Part shown: positions 18,788 to 28,331 of the stretch, piece after piece
Layout: each line of letters starts with the position of its first letter
Numbering within the stretch: position 1 is the first letter of the stretch
Origin: a virus
Reading direction: 5' to 3' (one strand)
IMG/VR virus record: IMGVR_UViG_3300031951_000060
Span: 1-64,000 of that record
Length of the DNA stretch: 64,000 nt
Made by a program: the position numbers and the translations under genes
Notes under the pieces: model-generated
Databases searched by the model: none
Told to the model about the DNA's origin: nothing
The model's input: the letters and a program-made list of their open reading frames with translations, nothing else

Positions 18788-18965
18788 TTATGACTGTCAG
18801 GCCTGGGGGCAATGTGTATTTGATGCTCCAGAAGTTTTTGATTTAGTTGATAGCGAACGAAAAACATGGAATTATAATGTTGAGGATAATTTGCTAGATA
18901 AAATTTCACTTGCAGTTAGCCATTGTCCAAATAGGGCTATATCTTTTGAGGTCGTAGATGATTAA
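18768..18965 (+). CDS. Single-cluster [3Fe-4S]-type ferredoxin
   Basis: CQAWGQC...APEVF...CPNRAIS; the CxxXxxC...CP pattern of actinobacterial-type ferredoxins; start set at ATG 18768. Confidence 0.8.
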   Translation: MIKVKINYDCQAWGQCVFDAPEVFDLVDSERKTWNYNVEDNLLDKISLAVSHCPNRAISFEVVDD

Positions 18966-19092
18966 GAAATTAATTTGCATATTATACGGACATAAAATTG
19001 AAGAGTCATCATGTCCATATACACTTAAGACATATCAAACGTGTCTCCGTTGTGGCTTACAAGGCATAAAAGAAAACCATAACCCTCAATAA
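18958..19092 (+). CDS. Small Zn-finger-like protein (44 aa), absent from the ORF track
   Basis: MIKKLICILYGHKIEESSCPYTLKTYQTCLRCGLQGIKENHNPQ; GAGGT SD; start overlaps the end of the ferredoxin gene. Confidence 0.6.
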   Translation: MIKKLICILYGHKIEESSCPYTLKTYQTCLRCGLQGIKENHNPQ

Positions 19093-19103
19093 TACAATTA
19101 GAG

Positions 19104-19132
19104 TTGTTAAAAATTAAAAACTCTGATATACT
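19104..19132 (+). promoter_or_regulatory. Sigma70-type promoter for RNR
   Basis: TTGTTA-17 nt-TATACT with TG extension; AAGGAG SD before GTG 19165. Confidence 0.55.
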
Positions 19133-19164
19133 TTACCAATAACAGTTCTTAAAGGAGAAAAACA

Positions 19165-21195
19165 GTGTCAGATTTTTTTAGTTTTCGTTTGTCAGAAGAT
19201 TTCGTAAATGAGTATAAAGCAAAGGAATCTCCTTTTGGATTTATAGATGCAGGTGGTAACTCATTAGGAGAGATTACGTTTATCCGTACCTACTCCCGTA
19301 TGAAGGATGATGGGACTAAGGAAAGATGGTACGAGGTTTGTCGTCGAGTAATCGAGGGCATGTATTCAGCACAAAAGAATCACGCTAAAGAAAACAGACT
19401 CCCCTGGAATGATTATAAGGCTCAGGCATCTGCTAAAGAGGCGTTTGACCGTATGTTTAATTTAAAGTGGACTCCGCCAGGAAGAGGCATGTGGGCTTTT
19501 GGAACACCTCTAACTATGGAAAAGAGAAACTCGGCAGCACTTCAAAATTGTGCCATGGTTTCTACAAAAGATATTGACCGTAATGACCCAGGGGCATTGT
19601 TTGCATGGGTGATGGACGCATTGATGATGGGTGTTGGTGTAGGGTTTGATACAGTAGGTGCAGAAAAACAACTTCCCATTTATACACCTACAGAACCAGC
19701 ACAAATATATGAAATTCCAGATACCCGTGAGGGATGGGTAGAATCTGTAAGACTTTTGTTAAATTCTTTTTTAAGGCCAAACCACTTTATTCAAGAGTTT
19801 AACTATGACCTTATTCGCCCCCTAGGAGCGCCCATTAAAGGCTTTGGAGGCACAGCAAGCGGTCCTGCACCACTTATTCAGTTACACAAGCAGATCAGGG
19901 CTGTAATCGGCGGTAGGGCTGGAGAGACCCTTGACTCAAGAGCAATAGTAGATATTGTTAATCTTATTGGTACCTGTGTGGTATCAGGAAATGTTAGACG
20001 ATCTGCAACCCTGGCTTTGGGTAATGCTCAAGATGAAGACTTTATGAATCTTAAGAATTCTGAGGTTTTTCCAGATAGAAACTCATTTGATCCAGAAAAC
20101 CCAGGTTGGGCGTGGATGTCGAATAACTCAATTTCTGCGACGGTAGGTACAAAGTACGAAGACTATGTAGACCTAATCGCAAGCAATGGAGAGCCAGGAT
20201 TCATTTGGCTTGATGTTGCCAGAAACTACGGCAGACTTAAGGATCCTGCGGATGGCAAGGATTATCGTGTAATGGGATTCAATCCTTGTGCAGAGCAGCC
20301 ATTGGAATCATACGAACTATGCACCTTGGTCGAGGTACATCTAAATCGTCATGAATCCAAGGAAGACTTCCTCCGCACCCTTAAGTTTGCTTATCTCTAT
20401 GGCAAGACGGTAACGCTGATACCAACACACTGGCAACAGACAAACGGTATCATGCAACGTAATCGTCGTATTGGAACATCACTTACGGGTATTGCTTCAT
20501 TCTCAGACAAATTTGGTTTGCCTGTTGTGCGTGAATGGATGGACGAAGGATATGAGACTATCCGTAAATATGATCACTCATATTCTGAATGGCTATGCGT
20601 TCGTGATTCCATTAGAGTCACAACTGTTAAACCATCGGGGTCTGTATCAATTCTTTCTGGCGCAACTCCTGGAGTTCACTGGGCGCCTGGAGGAAACTAT
20701 TTCTTGAGAGCAATTAGATTTGGGAATACTGACCCAATGATTCACTTGTTCAAGGCTGCTGGATATAAAATGGAGCCTGACCTTGTATCTGCGAATACAA
20801 CTGTCGTATATTTCCCAGTACATTCTGGCCACGCAAGATCTGAAAAGGATGTAACATTATTTGAGAAGATTGCGCTTGCTGCTACTGCTCAGAAATATTG
20901 GTCTGATAACGGCGTGTCTGTAACGCTTTCATTTGACAAAGAAACTGAAACCAAGCATATTGCGCCTGCTCTTCATATGTACGAAGGACAACTAAAGGCC
21001 GTGTCATTCCTGCCAATGGGAAATACGGTGTATCCTCAACAGCCATATACCGAAATTACTGAAGAAGAATATAATAGTTATATTGGTCAGATTAAAAAGA
21101 TCGACTGGTCTGCTATTTATGACGGAATAGAAAATCTAGAGGCTCAGGGTGAAATGTACTGCACCACAGATGCTTGCGAAATTAAAATCTCGTAG
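19165..21195 (+). CDS. nrdJ: Class II (adenosylcobalamin-dependent) ribonucleotide reductase, monomeric RTPR type
   Basis: PPGRG, NPCAEQ catalytic loop, TTVKPSG, C-terminal CTTDAC redox pair; no beta-subunit gene nearby. Confidence 0.9.
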   Translation: MSDFFSFRLSEDFVNEYKAKESPFGFIDAGGNSLGEITFIRTYSRMKDDGTKERWYEVCRRVIEGMYSAQKNHAKENRLPWNDYKAQASAKEAFDRMFNLKWTPPGRGMWAFGTPLTMEKRNSAALQNCAMVSTKDIDRNDPGALFAWVMDALMMGVGVGFDTVGAEKQLPIYTPTEPAQIYEIPDTREGWVESVRLLLNSFLRPNHFIQEFNYDLIRPLGAPIKGFGGTASGPAPLIQLHKQIRAVIGGRAGETLDSRAIVDIVNLIGTCVVSGNVRRSATLALGNAQDEDFMNLKNSEVFPDRNSFDPENPGWAWMSNNSISATVGTKYEDYVDLIASNGEPGFIWLDVARNYGRLKDPADGKDYRVMGFNPCAEQPLESYELCTLVEVHLNRHESKEDFLRTLKFAYLYGKTVTLIPTHWQQTNGIMQRNRRIGTSLTGIASFSDKFGLPVVREWMDEGYETIRKYDHSYSEWLCVRDSIRVTTVKPSGSVSILSGATPGVHWAPGGNYFLRAIRFGNTDPMIHLFKAAGYKMEPDLVSANTTVVYFPVHSGHARSEKDVTLFEKIALAATAQKYWSDNGVSVTLSFDKETETKHIAPALHMYEGQLKAVSFLPMGNTVYPQQPYTEITEEEYNSYIGQIKKIDWSAIYDGIENLEAQGEMYCTTDACEIKIS

Positions 21196-21215
21196 TATGA
21201 TAAAATAGACTCATA

Positions 21216-24200
21216 ATGTCTAGTCCTTCAAACCTTTACGCAGAGAAAATATATTCAGAGCATCCTCAGTTTCTGTGGGCACTTGATGATGAAGCAGATT
21301 ATGTATCGATAATATCTGAGGAACAAAGAGACGTTTCCCTATGGTCTATAGATAATGCAACAGCAATATCAACAGAAGAACTTGAAAATGCTCCATTTCC
21401 AGATAGTATAATCAATAAAGTTAGCATTAATTCAGTAATTGCAGACTTATTCTCAATTACAATGGTTAGTCCAAATATTGTAAACTTTAATGATTTAAAT
21501 TCAATACTAAAAACTTTTTCTGTAGGATCTTATTTGTATAGTTTGAGTCCATACATTTTAAGCGTTGAAATAGGCTATAGATACTACGATGATGCGCTTG
21601 AATCATATGTAGATGTGTTAAAGTCGTATGATGTTTCTTTAACAGAAAAGTGGTACTTTGTATCTGAAACTTTTAGTCCAGAAGAGACAACCGAGCCAAT
21701 TAGGTTGGTAATAAAAGTTAACTACTTGGGCCAATCATCAAACTTGGATGATTATACTTTTTATACAAACGGAATAACCTTTGGTCAGTGGGCTGAAGAA
21801 TTTCAATCAAGTTCTTTGGGTGTTTCAACGCTAACCCTTCCATCTAATGTTGCGCTGGATCCTGCAAAAGTTATAGAAGCAAAAGCATATGGCTTATCCG
21901 AAAATTCTGGATACTATTTTGTCAATAATAATTCGTTAATGGCTAAAAATTTCGGAATACCAATGGTTTTTGGTTCTTCCAATATCACTAAACTTTATAA
22001 CAATGGCAATAAGCCATCATTAATTGTTCCTTCTGCAGGGATGCTTTCTAATGGAGGAAGATATAAAGATTTTACTTTAGAATTTTGGTTAAGAACAAAC
22101 AACTCGTCTTCTGAATCAAAAAGAATTATAGGTCCAATAGCATCTACGGATGGAATATACCTAGATGGACCTTTTATTGTTTTAAAAATTAATCAAGCAT
22201 ATTCTTCATATTACGTGGGTCATTGGGAAAGGCCAATGCTAATTCACTGGAGATATACAAGTGATTTATCAACAGTTTTGCTTAATGGTGAAGAAATAAT
22301 ATCTTTATCAATTGATTCAGAATCTTTGACATTACCAGAATCTTCAATAATAGTAGGCGGAATTGAAAAAGGTCAAGACTGGATAGGCTTTTATGCACAT
22401 GAAAATATTGAACCTATTGAGATTGATTGTATTGCTATATACCCATACTCAGTTCCTTCGCTTGTTGCCAAACGAAGATTTGTGTATGGTCAGGGTGTAC
22501 AATATCCAGAAAACTTAAATGCTGCTTACGGCGGAAGTTCTGTAGTGTTTGATTATTCCTTTGCAGATTATACAAAAAATTATAATTACCCAGACCTCGG
22601 CTCTTGGGAACAGGGCGCCATAGACAATATTGCAATTGATAGCAATAGTCTTAGTATACCAAATATATCAACACCAACAATAGTTATTGATAGTACCAAC
22701 AAAACACAAGATGATCTTTTATCAGATTGTGCAATTATTCAAAACGAACAATCTTTATTTTTAAAACTGAGACCGAATACATCCTGGAACTCAATCAATT
22801 CATATTTATATCTTGATAACTTAACGCTTTCTGGAAATCCAATTCATGCTTTTTATGGATTATTTAAAAAGCCATCAACTTATTCTGGAACAGAAGTTTT
22901 GATTAGGCTTGAAGATCAAAACGGAAATTACTTTTCTATAGAGTGTGTTGGAAACGACATTAGATATATTTTTAAATATCAGTCTGCATCAGAGCAAACG
23001 CTTTATGAAGCGTTATCTGTTCCCAATGATAGTATATTTTCTGTAGGAATTGAGGTAGATATTTTTAGAGATTATTTTGGAAATGACATTTTGTCATTTT
23101 TTAATAATCAATCTTTGTTAAAGATGTATATCGGCGGTACAAAAGAATTTAATAAGACTTTTACTGGAAATATATATAAGATTGCTCTGTGCTCAGAGAA
23201 AAATGTTAAAGATATTAAAGATTTGTTTAATAATTTAGGCGTACCTAAAGACTATGAAAATATTTTTAATCTTTATGGACCAACAGTTGACTACGACGGA
23301 GGGGAGTCAGATCAAGAATTTTGGACATATTATTTAAACTCTGAAAGTCCTTTTGACTTTAATGCTTCAGAATTTTTATATATTAAGTTATCAGAGCATA
23401 AGCCAAGTCTTGGAATTACTCCAAAAAATTACTTTGATAACTTTTATTTAGATGTAGACATAAAAGGGTCATGGAAAGATTATATTCCTCTTTCTTATTT
23501 TGGACAATACATTACAGACGAATACGGAAATTCTAAGTTTGGAATAGATTTTATTCAATTTAATATAAACTATCCAGCCCCTGCGAAGTTTAAAGAGTCT
23601 GAAACTGTGGACGAAAATGGTTGGACATATTCTGAATTGGCTGCTGAATATTCTTACCCACAACAAAGAACTTATGAGGCTTTGGATAATTATTTATATA
23701 CTGGTTATTTAGACTATCAGGATTTAGCACAAAGATCGATAAAGACATACTCCTACGACACAACAGACTCTATTCTGAAGACTTATATTACTTTTGAATA
23801 TTTAGAAGATGGTGCCAATGCATCAAATGGATTTTTTGTAAACACAGAAAGTGTTCCAAAAAATGGAGTAATTACTCCAGGCTCTAATTGGATTAACACA
23901 AAGTATGAAATTGTAGATAACATAATTGTTTATCCTCCAAAAGGCGTTGATTTTAACGACATTGCAATAGTTGTACATTTAGAGTTTGAGGTTGATGGAA
24001 TCAGATATCAACCAATAAAGGTTAAGAGTTTACAGTTAGCCTCTCAAGCATTTAATTATAATACTGCAAATAACATTGGGACAAGATTTGGAACAAGTGT
24101 ATATCCATATGTAAATAATGGTTATTATTTCAATTACAAAACTAAAAATCCTTTTACTATATATAAGGGGTCTTCTCCGTATTTATATTTAACTAGGTAT

Positions 24201-24932
24201 TCTGGTTTAGAATTACGAGGAAATTACCATCCACTAACAAATCGAGGGGTGGCAATTCCCGTTAATGCAAATAAGTCAGAAAATTATGAAGTGATGGCAC
24301 TACAATCTTTGATCAGATTTAATGGTGACTTTTTCCCATATGCGCCAACACAGATAATGCAAATTAATGCAAAAGGTAAAACTATTAAATTTTATATGCT
24401 GGCAAACCACCCAAATGGAAAACGGGCAAAAATATATGCAATTGACGCAACAACTGGCGCATTGTTTGATGGTATTGTTTTTTATATTAATGGTAGGGTT
24501 GTTAAAGAGCCAGTATTAAATATTAATGAGTGGGCCATGATCGGCCTTGGCTTTCCAGCAATTCTAAACTTTAAGTCCTATGCTGGATCTATAATGATTA
24601 ATGGTCCTATTATTTTTAATAATTTATCATATTATCAAACTACAAATTTACAGGCAATTCAGACTGTAAATAAAAGGCCATGGGCTAGGGTTAAGTTTGC
24701 ATTAGAGGGGCTATTCGACTGGGAATATTGGACACAATATTATATGTGGCAGGGTGTACTAGTACAGTCTTCTATAAGTTATTATGGAGTCAACCCATCA
24801 GATTTATATAAGGCATACACAGGAACTAATAAGATTATTTTTGGAGACGATACAGTTTTTGGCTTTAGCAACTACGAATATTCGACATTCCAGAATATAA
24901 CTTGGCAAGCCCAGATATCAGATGCGGTATAG
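21216..24932 (+). CDS. Large virion protein with LamG/concanavalin-A-like domains
   Basis: HPQFLWALDD N-terminus, FTLEFWLR...LLNGEEI LamG-like strands; 1238 aa. Confidence 0.55.
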   Translation: MSSPSNLYAEKIYSEHPQFLWALDDEADYVSIISEEQRDVSLWSIDNATAISTEELENAPFPDSIINKVSINSVIADLFSITMVSPNIVNFNDLNSILKTFSVGSYLYSLSPYILSVEIGYRYYDDALESYVDVLKSYDVSLTEKWYFVSETFSPEETTEPIRLVIKVNYLGQSSNLDDYTFYTNGITFGQWAEEFQSSSLGVSTLTLPSNVALDPAKVIEAKAYGLSENSGYYFVNNNSLMAKNFGIPMVFGSSNITKLYNNGNKPSLIVPSAGMLSNGGRYKDFTLEFWLRTNNSSSESKRIIGPIASTDGIYLDGPFIVLKINQAYSSYYVGHWERPMLIHWRYTSDLSTVLLNGEEIISLSIDSESLTLPESSIIVGGIEKGQDWIGFYAHENIEPIEIDCIAIYPYSVPSLVAKRRFVYGQGVQYPENLNAAYGGSSVVFDYSFADYTKNYNYPDLGSWEQGAIDNIAIDSNSLSIPNISTPTIVIDSTNKTQDDLLSDCAIIQNEQSLFLKLRPNTSWNSINSYLYLDNLTLSGNPIHAFYGLFKKPSTYSGTEVLIRLEDQNGNYFSIECVGNDIRYIFKYQSASEQTLYEALSVPNDSIFSVGIEVDIFRDYFGNDILSFFNNQSLLKMYIGGTKEFNKTFTGNIYKIALCSEKNVKDIKDLFNNLGVPKDYENIFNLYGPTVDYDGGESDQEFWTYYLNSESPFDFNASEFLYIKLSEHKPSLGITPKNYFDNFYLDVDIKGSWKDYIPLSYFGQYITDEYGNSKFGIDFIQFNINYPAPAKFKESETVDENGWTYSELAAEYSYPQQRTYEALDNYLYTGYLDYQDLAQRSIKTYSYDTTDSILKTYITFEYLEDGANASNGFFVNTESVPKNGVITPGSNWINTKYEIVDNIIVYPPKGVDFNDIAIVVHLEFEVDGIRYQPIKVKSLQLASQAFNYNTANNIGTRFGTSVYPYVNNGYYFNYKTKNPFTIYKGSSPYLYLTRYSGLELRGNYHPLTNRGVAIPVNANKSENYEVMALQSLIRFNGDFFPYAPTQIMQINAKGKTIKFYMLANHPNGKRAKIYAIDATTGALFDGIVFYINGRVVKEPVLNINEWAMIGLGFPAILNFKSYAGSIMINGPIIFNNLSYYQTTNLQAIQTVNKRPWARVKFALEGLFDWEYWTQYYMWQGVLVQSSISYYGVNPSDLYKAYTGTNKIIFGDDTVFGFSNYEYSTFQNITWQAQISDAV

Positions 24933-24950
24933 TATGGTATACTTGTGGTA

Positions 24951-25319
24951 ATGAAAAAGAATAATCCTGCACAAATTGGTAAGTCAAAGATTCAAGTCAT
25001 CGACAAGATGTATGACTGGGGTATTTATGTCTGGAAAAGGCAAAACGGCAAATGGTTTACAGACGGTCAAGGAAACATACTAAACATACCCTCGATGAAG
25101 GGGGATATAACAAAAATTGCAGAATTGAAAAAGGCAGCAGCCCATTACGGAGAGCCAGATGGAGAGGCTGTATTTTTTGCGGGACTAAGTAGAATCTCTG
25201 ATGAAGAGTATGCAGAGCAAAAGCAAAGAATGTCAGAAGGCCTAATCCCTAATCTCAACGACCTTGGTGCAGTTCATGCAGCAAAACAAACTATTAGACA
25301 ATATGGGGCTGATGAATAA
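24951..25319 (+). CDS. Hypothetical protein upstream of portal
   Basis: ATG 7 nt after TGGTATACT (leaderless-type); coupled to portal by TAATG. Confidence 0.55.
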   Translation: MKKNNPAQIGKSKIQVIDKMYDWGIYVWKRQNGKWFTDGQGNILNIPSMKGDITKIAELKKAAAHYGEPDGEAVFFAGLSRISDEEYAEQKQRMSEGLIPNLNDLGAVHAAKQTIRQYGADE

Positions 25320-26908
25320 TGACAGAAGATAGAGAATATTTAATTGGTGCAAGGATAGATAATCTTGTAGAGTCTGCAGATCCATTTAAAGCATCTGATC
25401 CCTTTAATAAAGCGTGGTCAGAGTTAAAGTCCTATAATGGTATAGATAATAATTTTAAAAGAAGAGTTAATAGACTTTTAGAAAAAGCAAGTGCAAACGA
25501 CCCAAGCCAAGGATATCTTGATAGCGCAAGAGCAGAACAGCATGGTTTGGGAGATGCAAAATCAAAAGAGATTAATCCTGGAACGGTATACAGAAATGGC
25601 TATGGACTATTTGATGTAATTACCCCACCATGGAATGTTTATGAACTTGCTAACTATTACGATACATCTTTTGCAAACCACGCAGCCATTGATGCAAAGG
25701 TTGAAAATATAGTTGGGCTTGGGTATGACTTTGAAGTTTCTCCAAGTACAATGTTAAGACTTGAGTCAAATAAGGATAAGGGTCAAGTAGATAGAGCAAG
25801 AAACAGAATTGAACGTGCAAAAATAGAAATGCATGAATGGTTAGAGTCTTTAAATGATGATGATTCATTCACTACAACAATGATGAAGGTTTATACAGAT
25901 GTTCAGGCAATTGGAAATGGATATCTAGAAATTGGCAGAACAACACGTGGAGAGATTGGGTATGTTGGTCATATTCCAGCCACAACTATGCGTGTACGTC
26001 GTCTGCGTGATGGATACGTTCAAATTATCGGAAGCAAGGTTGTTTATTTTAGGAATTTTGGTGCAAAGAATCCAAATCCAGTAACATCGGATCCTAGACC
26101 AAATGAAATCATACACTTTAAACAGTATTCGCCTTTAAATACTTTTTATGGTGTACCAGATATAATGTCGGCAATAACATCGCTCCATGGAGACCAGTTA
26201 GCGTCACAATATAACATCGACTACTTTAGTAATAAGGCTGTCCCTCGTTATGTTGTGACGTTAAAGGGCGCAAAACTTTCTGGGGATGCTGAAGATAAGA
26301 TGTTTAGGTTTTTACAAACAGGTCTTAAGGGGCAATCACATAGAACCCTCTATATCCCACTTCCTGGAGATACTGATAACAATAAAGTTGAATTTAAGAT
26401 GGAGCCAATTGAAAATGGGGTTCAAGAAGGTTCGTTTGAAAGATACCGTAAGCAAAACCGTGATGATATTTTAATTGCACATCAGGTTCCACTTTCAAAA
26501 ATTGGTGGTGGCGATTCTGGAGCCATTGCAGCAGCCTTAGCACAGGATCGTACATTTAAGGAGCAGGTGTCTCGACCAGCACAAAGAGAACTTGAAAAAA
26601 TTATTAATAAGATTATTAAAGAAAAAACAGATGTATTAGTTCTAAAGTTTAAAGAGTTAACCTTAACTGACGAAATAGCACAATCACAGATTCTTGAGAG
26701 ATATGTAAAAAGCCAAGTCATGCTTCCTAACGAAGCAAGATCAGTTCTTGGACTCCCGCAAAGGGAAGGAGGGGATGAGCCTTTCCAGCCTAAACCAGCA
26801 GATAATTCTGATCGTGAGCGGGATGGAGAGAGACTGAACAATCAGTCTGACGGTGCTGCCACTATCAATGGCAGAAACCCAAAAGGTGAAGGTCGGGCTA
26901 CCGAATAG
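25319..26908 (+). CDS. Portal protein
   Basis: GNGYLEI.R...HIPA..MR, EIIHFK.YSPLNTFYGVPD, YFSNKAVP, ILIAHQVP..KIG, PNEARSVLGLP motifs; position before protease and capsid. Confidence 0.9.
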   Translation: MTEDREYLIGARIDNLVESADPFKASDPFNKAWSELKSYNGIDNNFKRRVNRLLEKASANDPSQGYLDSARAEQHGLGDAKSKEINPGTVYRNGYGLFDVITPPWNVYELANYYDTSFANHAAIDAKVENIVGLGYDFEVSPSTMLRLESNKDKGQVDRARNRIERAKIEMHEWLESLNDDDSFTTTMMKVYTDVQAIGNGYLEIGRTTRGEIGYVGHIPATTMRVRRLRDGYVQIIGSKVVYFRNFGAKNPNPVTSDPRPNEIIHFKQYSPLNTFYGVPDIMSAITSLHGDQLASQYNIDYFSNKAVPRYVVTLKGAKLSGDAEDKMFRFLQTGLKGQSHRTLYIPLPGDTDNNKVEFKMEPIENGVQEGSFERYRKQNRDDILIAHQVPLSKIGGGDSGAIAAALAQDRTFKEQVSRPAQRELEKIINKIIKEKTDVLVLKFKELTLTDEIAQSQILERYVKSQVMLPNEARSVLGLPQREGGDEPFQPKPADNSDRERDGERLNNQSDGAATINGRNPKGEGRATE

Positions 26909-26929
26909 TTATCCACATAATTATTCACA
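26909..26929 (+). promoter_or_regulatory. Tandem DnaA boxes TTATCCACA and TTATTCACA
   Basis: Two matches to TTATNCACA, 3 nt apart, in the portal-protease intergenic gap. Confidence 0.6.
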
Positions 26930-26934
26930 TTTTG

Positions 26935-26963
26935 TTAACATTCGTATAAAAAGGCTCTATAAT
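26935..26963 (+). promoter_or_regulatory. Promoter for the protease/capsid operon
   Basis: TTAACA-17 nt-TATAAT, 10 nt before ATG 26974. Confidence 0.5.
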
Positions 26964-26973
26964 ATATTCTAGT

Positions 26974-28308
26974 ATGACTATATCAAAAGCCCATTGGGAT
27001 ACCAGTGGGGACTCAGTAAGACTTTCCCTTCCATTTGCGAAGGTTGATAAGGAGAGACGTATCGTCTCAGGTTTCGCATCTCTTGACAACATTGATAAGC
27101 AAGGTGACATTGTTACAGCAGAAGCATCAATGAAAGCATTTTCAAAATTCCGTGGAAACATTCGTGAAATGCATCAACCACTTGCTGTTGGCAAAATGGT
27201 TAATTTTAAAGAAGATAGATATTTCGATCCAGAATCTAAAAAGTTTTATTCTGGTGTTTTTGTTTCAGCATATGTATCAAAGGGTGCACAGGATACATGG
27301 GAAAAAGTTTTGGACGGTACACTAACAGGATTTTCTATTGGTGGTCGTATGAATAAGTGGGATGACGGTTATGATGAGAAGTCAGATTCCACAATTAGAA
27401 TTATTAAGGATTATGATTTGGTTGAGTTGAGTCTTGTAGATTCCCCAGCAAATCAATTTGCAAATATTATGCATGTAGAAAAAGTTGATGGCGTTGAAGT
27501 TGTTAAAGGACAAGACGTAGCATTAGAAAATGTTTTTTATGATGAGGAATCTGGATTAGTTATGGTATCAGAAGAAGAAACAGCAGTTAGCCCAACTACT
27601 GGAAATCAAATGAAGAATATAGGTTTCGTTGAAAAAGAAGACAACGAAAAAATGGATATAGTCAAATTCTTAGTAGATAGTGCTAAAGGCATTGATGCTA
27701 AGATAACAAAGGAGGATAATCCTATGGCAAGAAAAACAAAGACTGAAGAAGTCGAAGTTGCAAAGTCAGAAGAGATCGCTCCAGAGGCAGATGCAGTAGT
27801 TGAAACTCCTGTTGCCGAAGTTACTGAAAAGTCTGAAGAGACTGCAGTAGCCGAAGAAACTGTTGAAAAGTCTGAAGAGACACCAGCAACAGAAGAGGTT
27901 GCTAAGGCTGATGAATCAGTCGAAGAGCCAGCAGCAGAGGTTGCTACAGAAGTATCTAAATCAGATGAAGTAATTGTTGAATCAATTGCAGAAATCAAGA
28001 ATACACTTACATCAGCCTTTAGCGATTTAGTTGAAACTGTAAAGTCTTTGCAGGCAGAGGTAGAAATGCTTAAGTCTACAAAGGTTGATACAGATGCAGT
28101 AAAGAGTTCACTGGAAGCAGTCGCCAAAGACATTGCTGCAACAGTTGAGCAAGTTGACAAGTTTGGAAAGCGTGTTGACGCAGTAGAAGCAGATACAGCA
28201 TTCCGAAAGTCTGGCGATCTAGGCGAGATCGTACAGGAACAACCAGCAATGGTTGAAAAATCCCTATGGGGCGGACGTTTCCTCAAAACAGCCGACTTAT
28301 TTAATTAA
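26974..28308 (+). CDS. HK97-type prohead protease fused to acidic coiled-coil scaffold
   Basis: VSGFAS...DKQGD...REMH...GFSIGG...ELSLVDSPANQFA protease motifs; Glu/Ala-rich C-terminal half. Confidence 0.85.
   Translation: MTISKAHWDTSGDSVRLSLPFAKVDKERRIVSGFASLDNIDKQGDIVTAEASMKAFSKFRGNIREMHQPLAVGKMVNFKEDRYFDPESKKFYSGVFVSAYVSKGAQDTWEKVLDGTLTGFSIGGRMNKWDDGYDEKSDSTIRIIKDYDLVELSLVDSPANQFANIMHVEKVDGVEVVKGQDVALENVFYDEESGLVMVSEEETAVSPTTGNQMKNIGFVEKEDNEKMDIVKFLVDSAKGIDAKITKEDNPMARKTKTEEVEVAKSEEIAPEADAVVETPVAEVTEKSEETAVAEETVEKSEETPATEEVAKADESVEEPAAEVATEVSKSDEVIVESIAEIKNTLTSAFSDLVETVKSLQAEVEMLKSTKVDTDAVKSSLEAVAKDIAATVEQVDKFGKRVDAVEADTAFRKSGDLGEIVQEQPAMVEKSLWGGRFLKTADLFN
27724..28308 (+). CDS. Probable nested in-frame scaffolding protein (internal start)
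   Basis: AAAGGAGG SD 8 nt before in-frame ATG 27724 (MARKTKTEEVE...); TGcTAAGAT -10-like motif at 27696-27704. Confidence 0.6.
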   Translation: MARKTKTEEVEVAKSEEIAPEADAVVETPVAEVTEKSEETAVAEETVEKSEETPATEEVAKADESVEEPAAEVATEVSKSDEVIVESIAEIKNTLTSAFSDLVETVKSLQAEVEMLKSTKVDTDAVKSSLEAVAKDIAATVEQVDKFGKRVDAVEADTAFRKSGDLGEIVQEQPAMVEKSLWGGRFLKTADLFN

Positions 28309-28331
28309 GTAATCACTTAGGAGGTGACAAT

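Noticed and set aside
27606-28286. 226-aa reverse-strand Ser/Thr-rich ORF and similar antisense ORFs within the capsid, TMP, halogenase and dnaE genes
   Set aside because: Antisense shadows of strongly biased coding sequence; no independent signals
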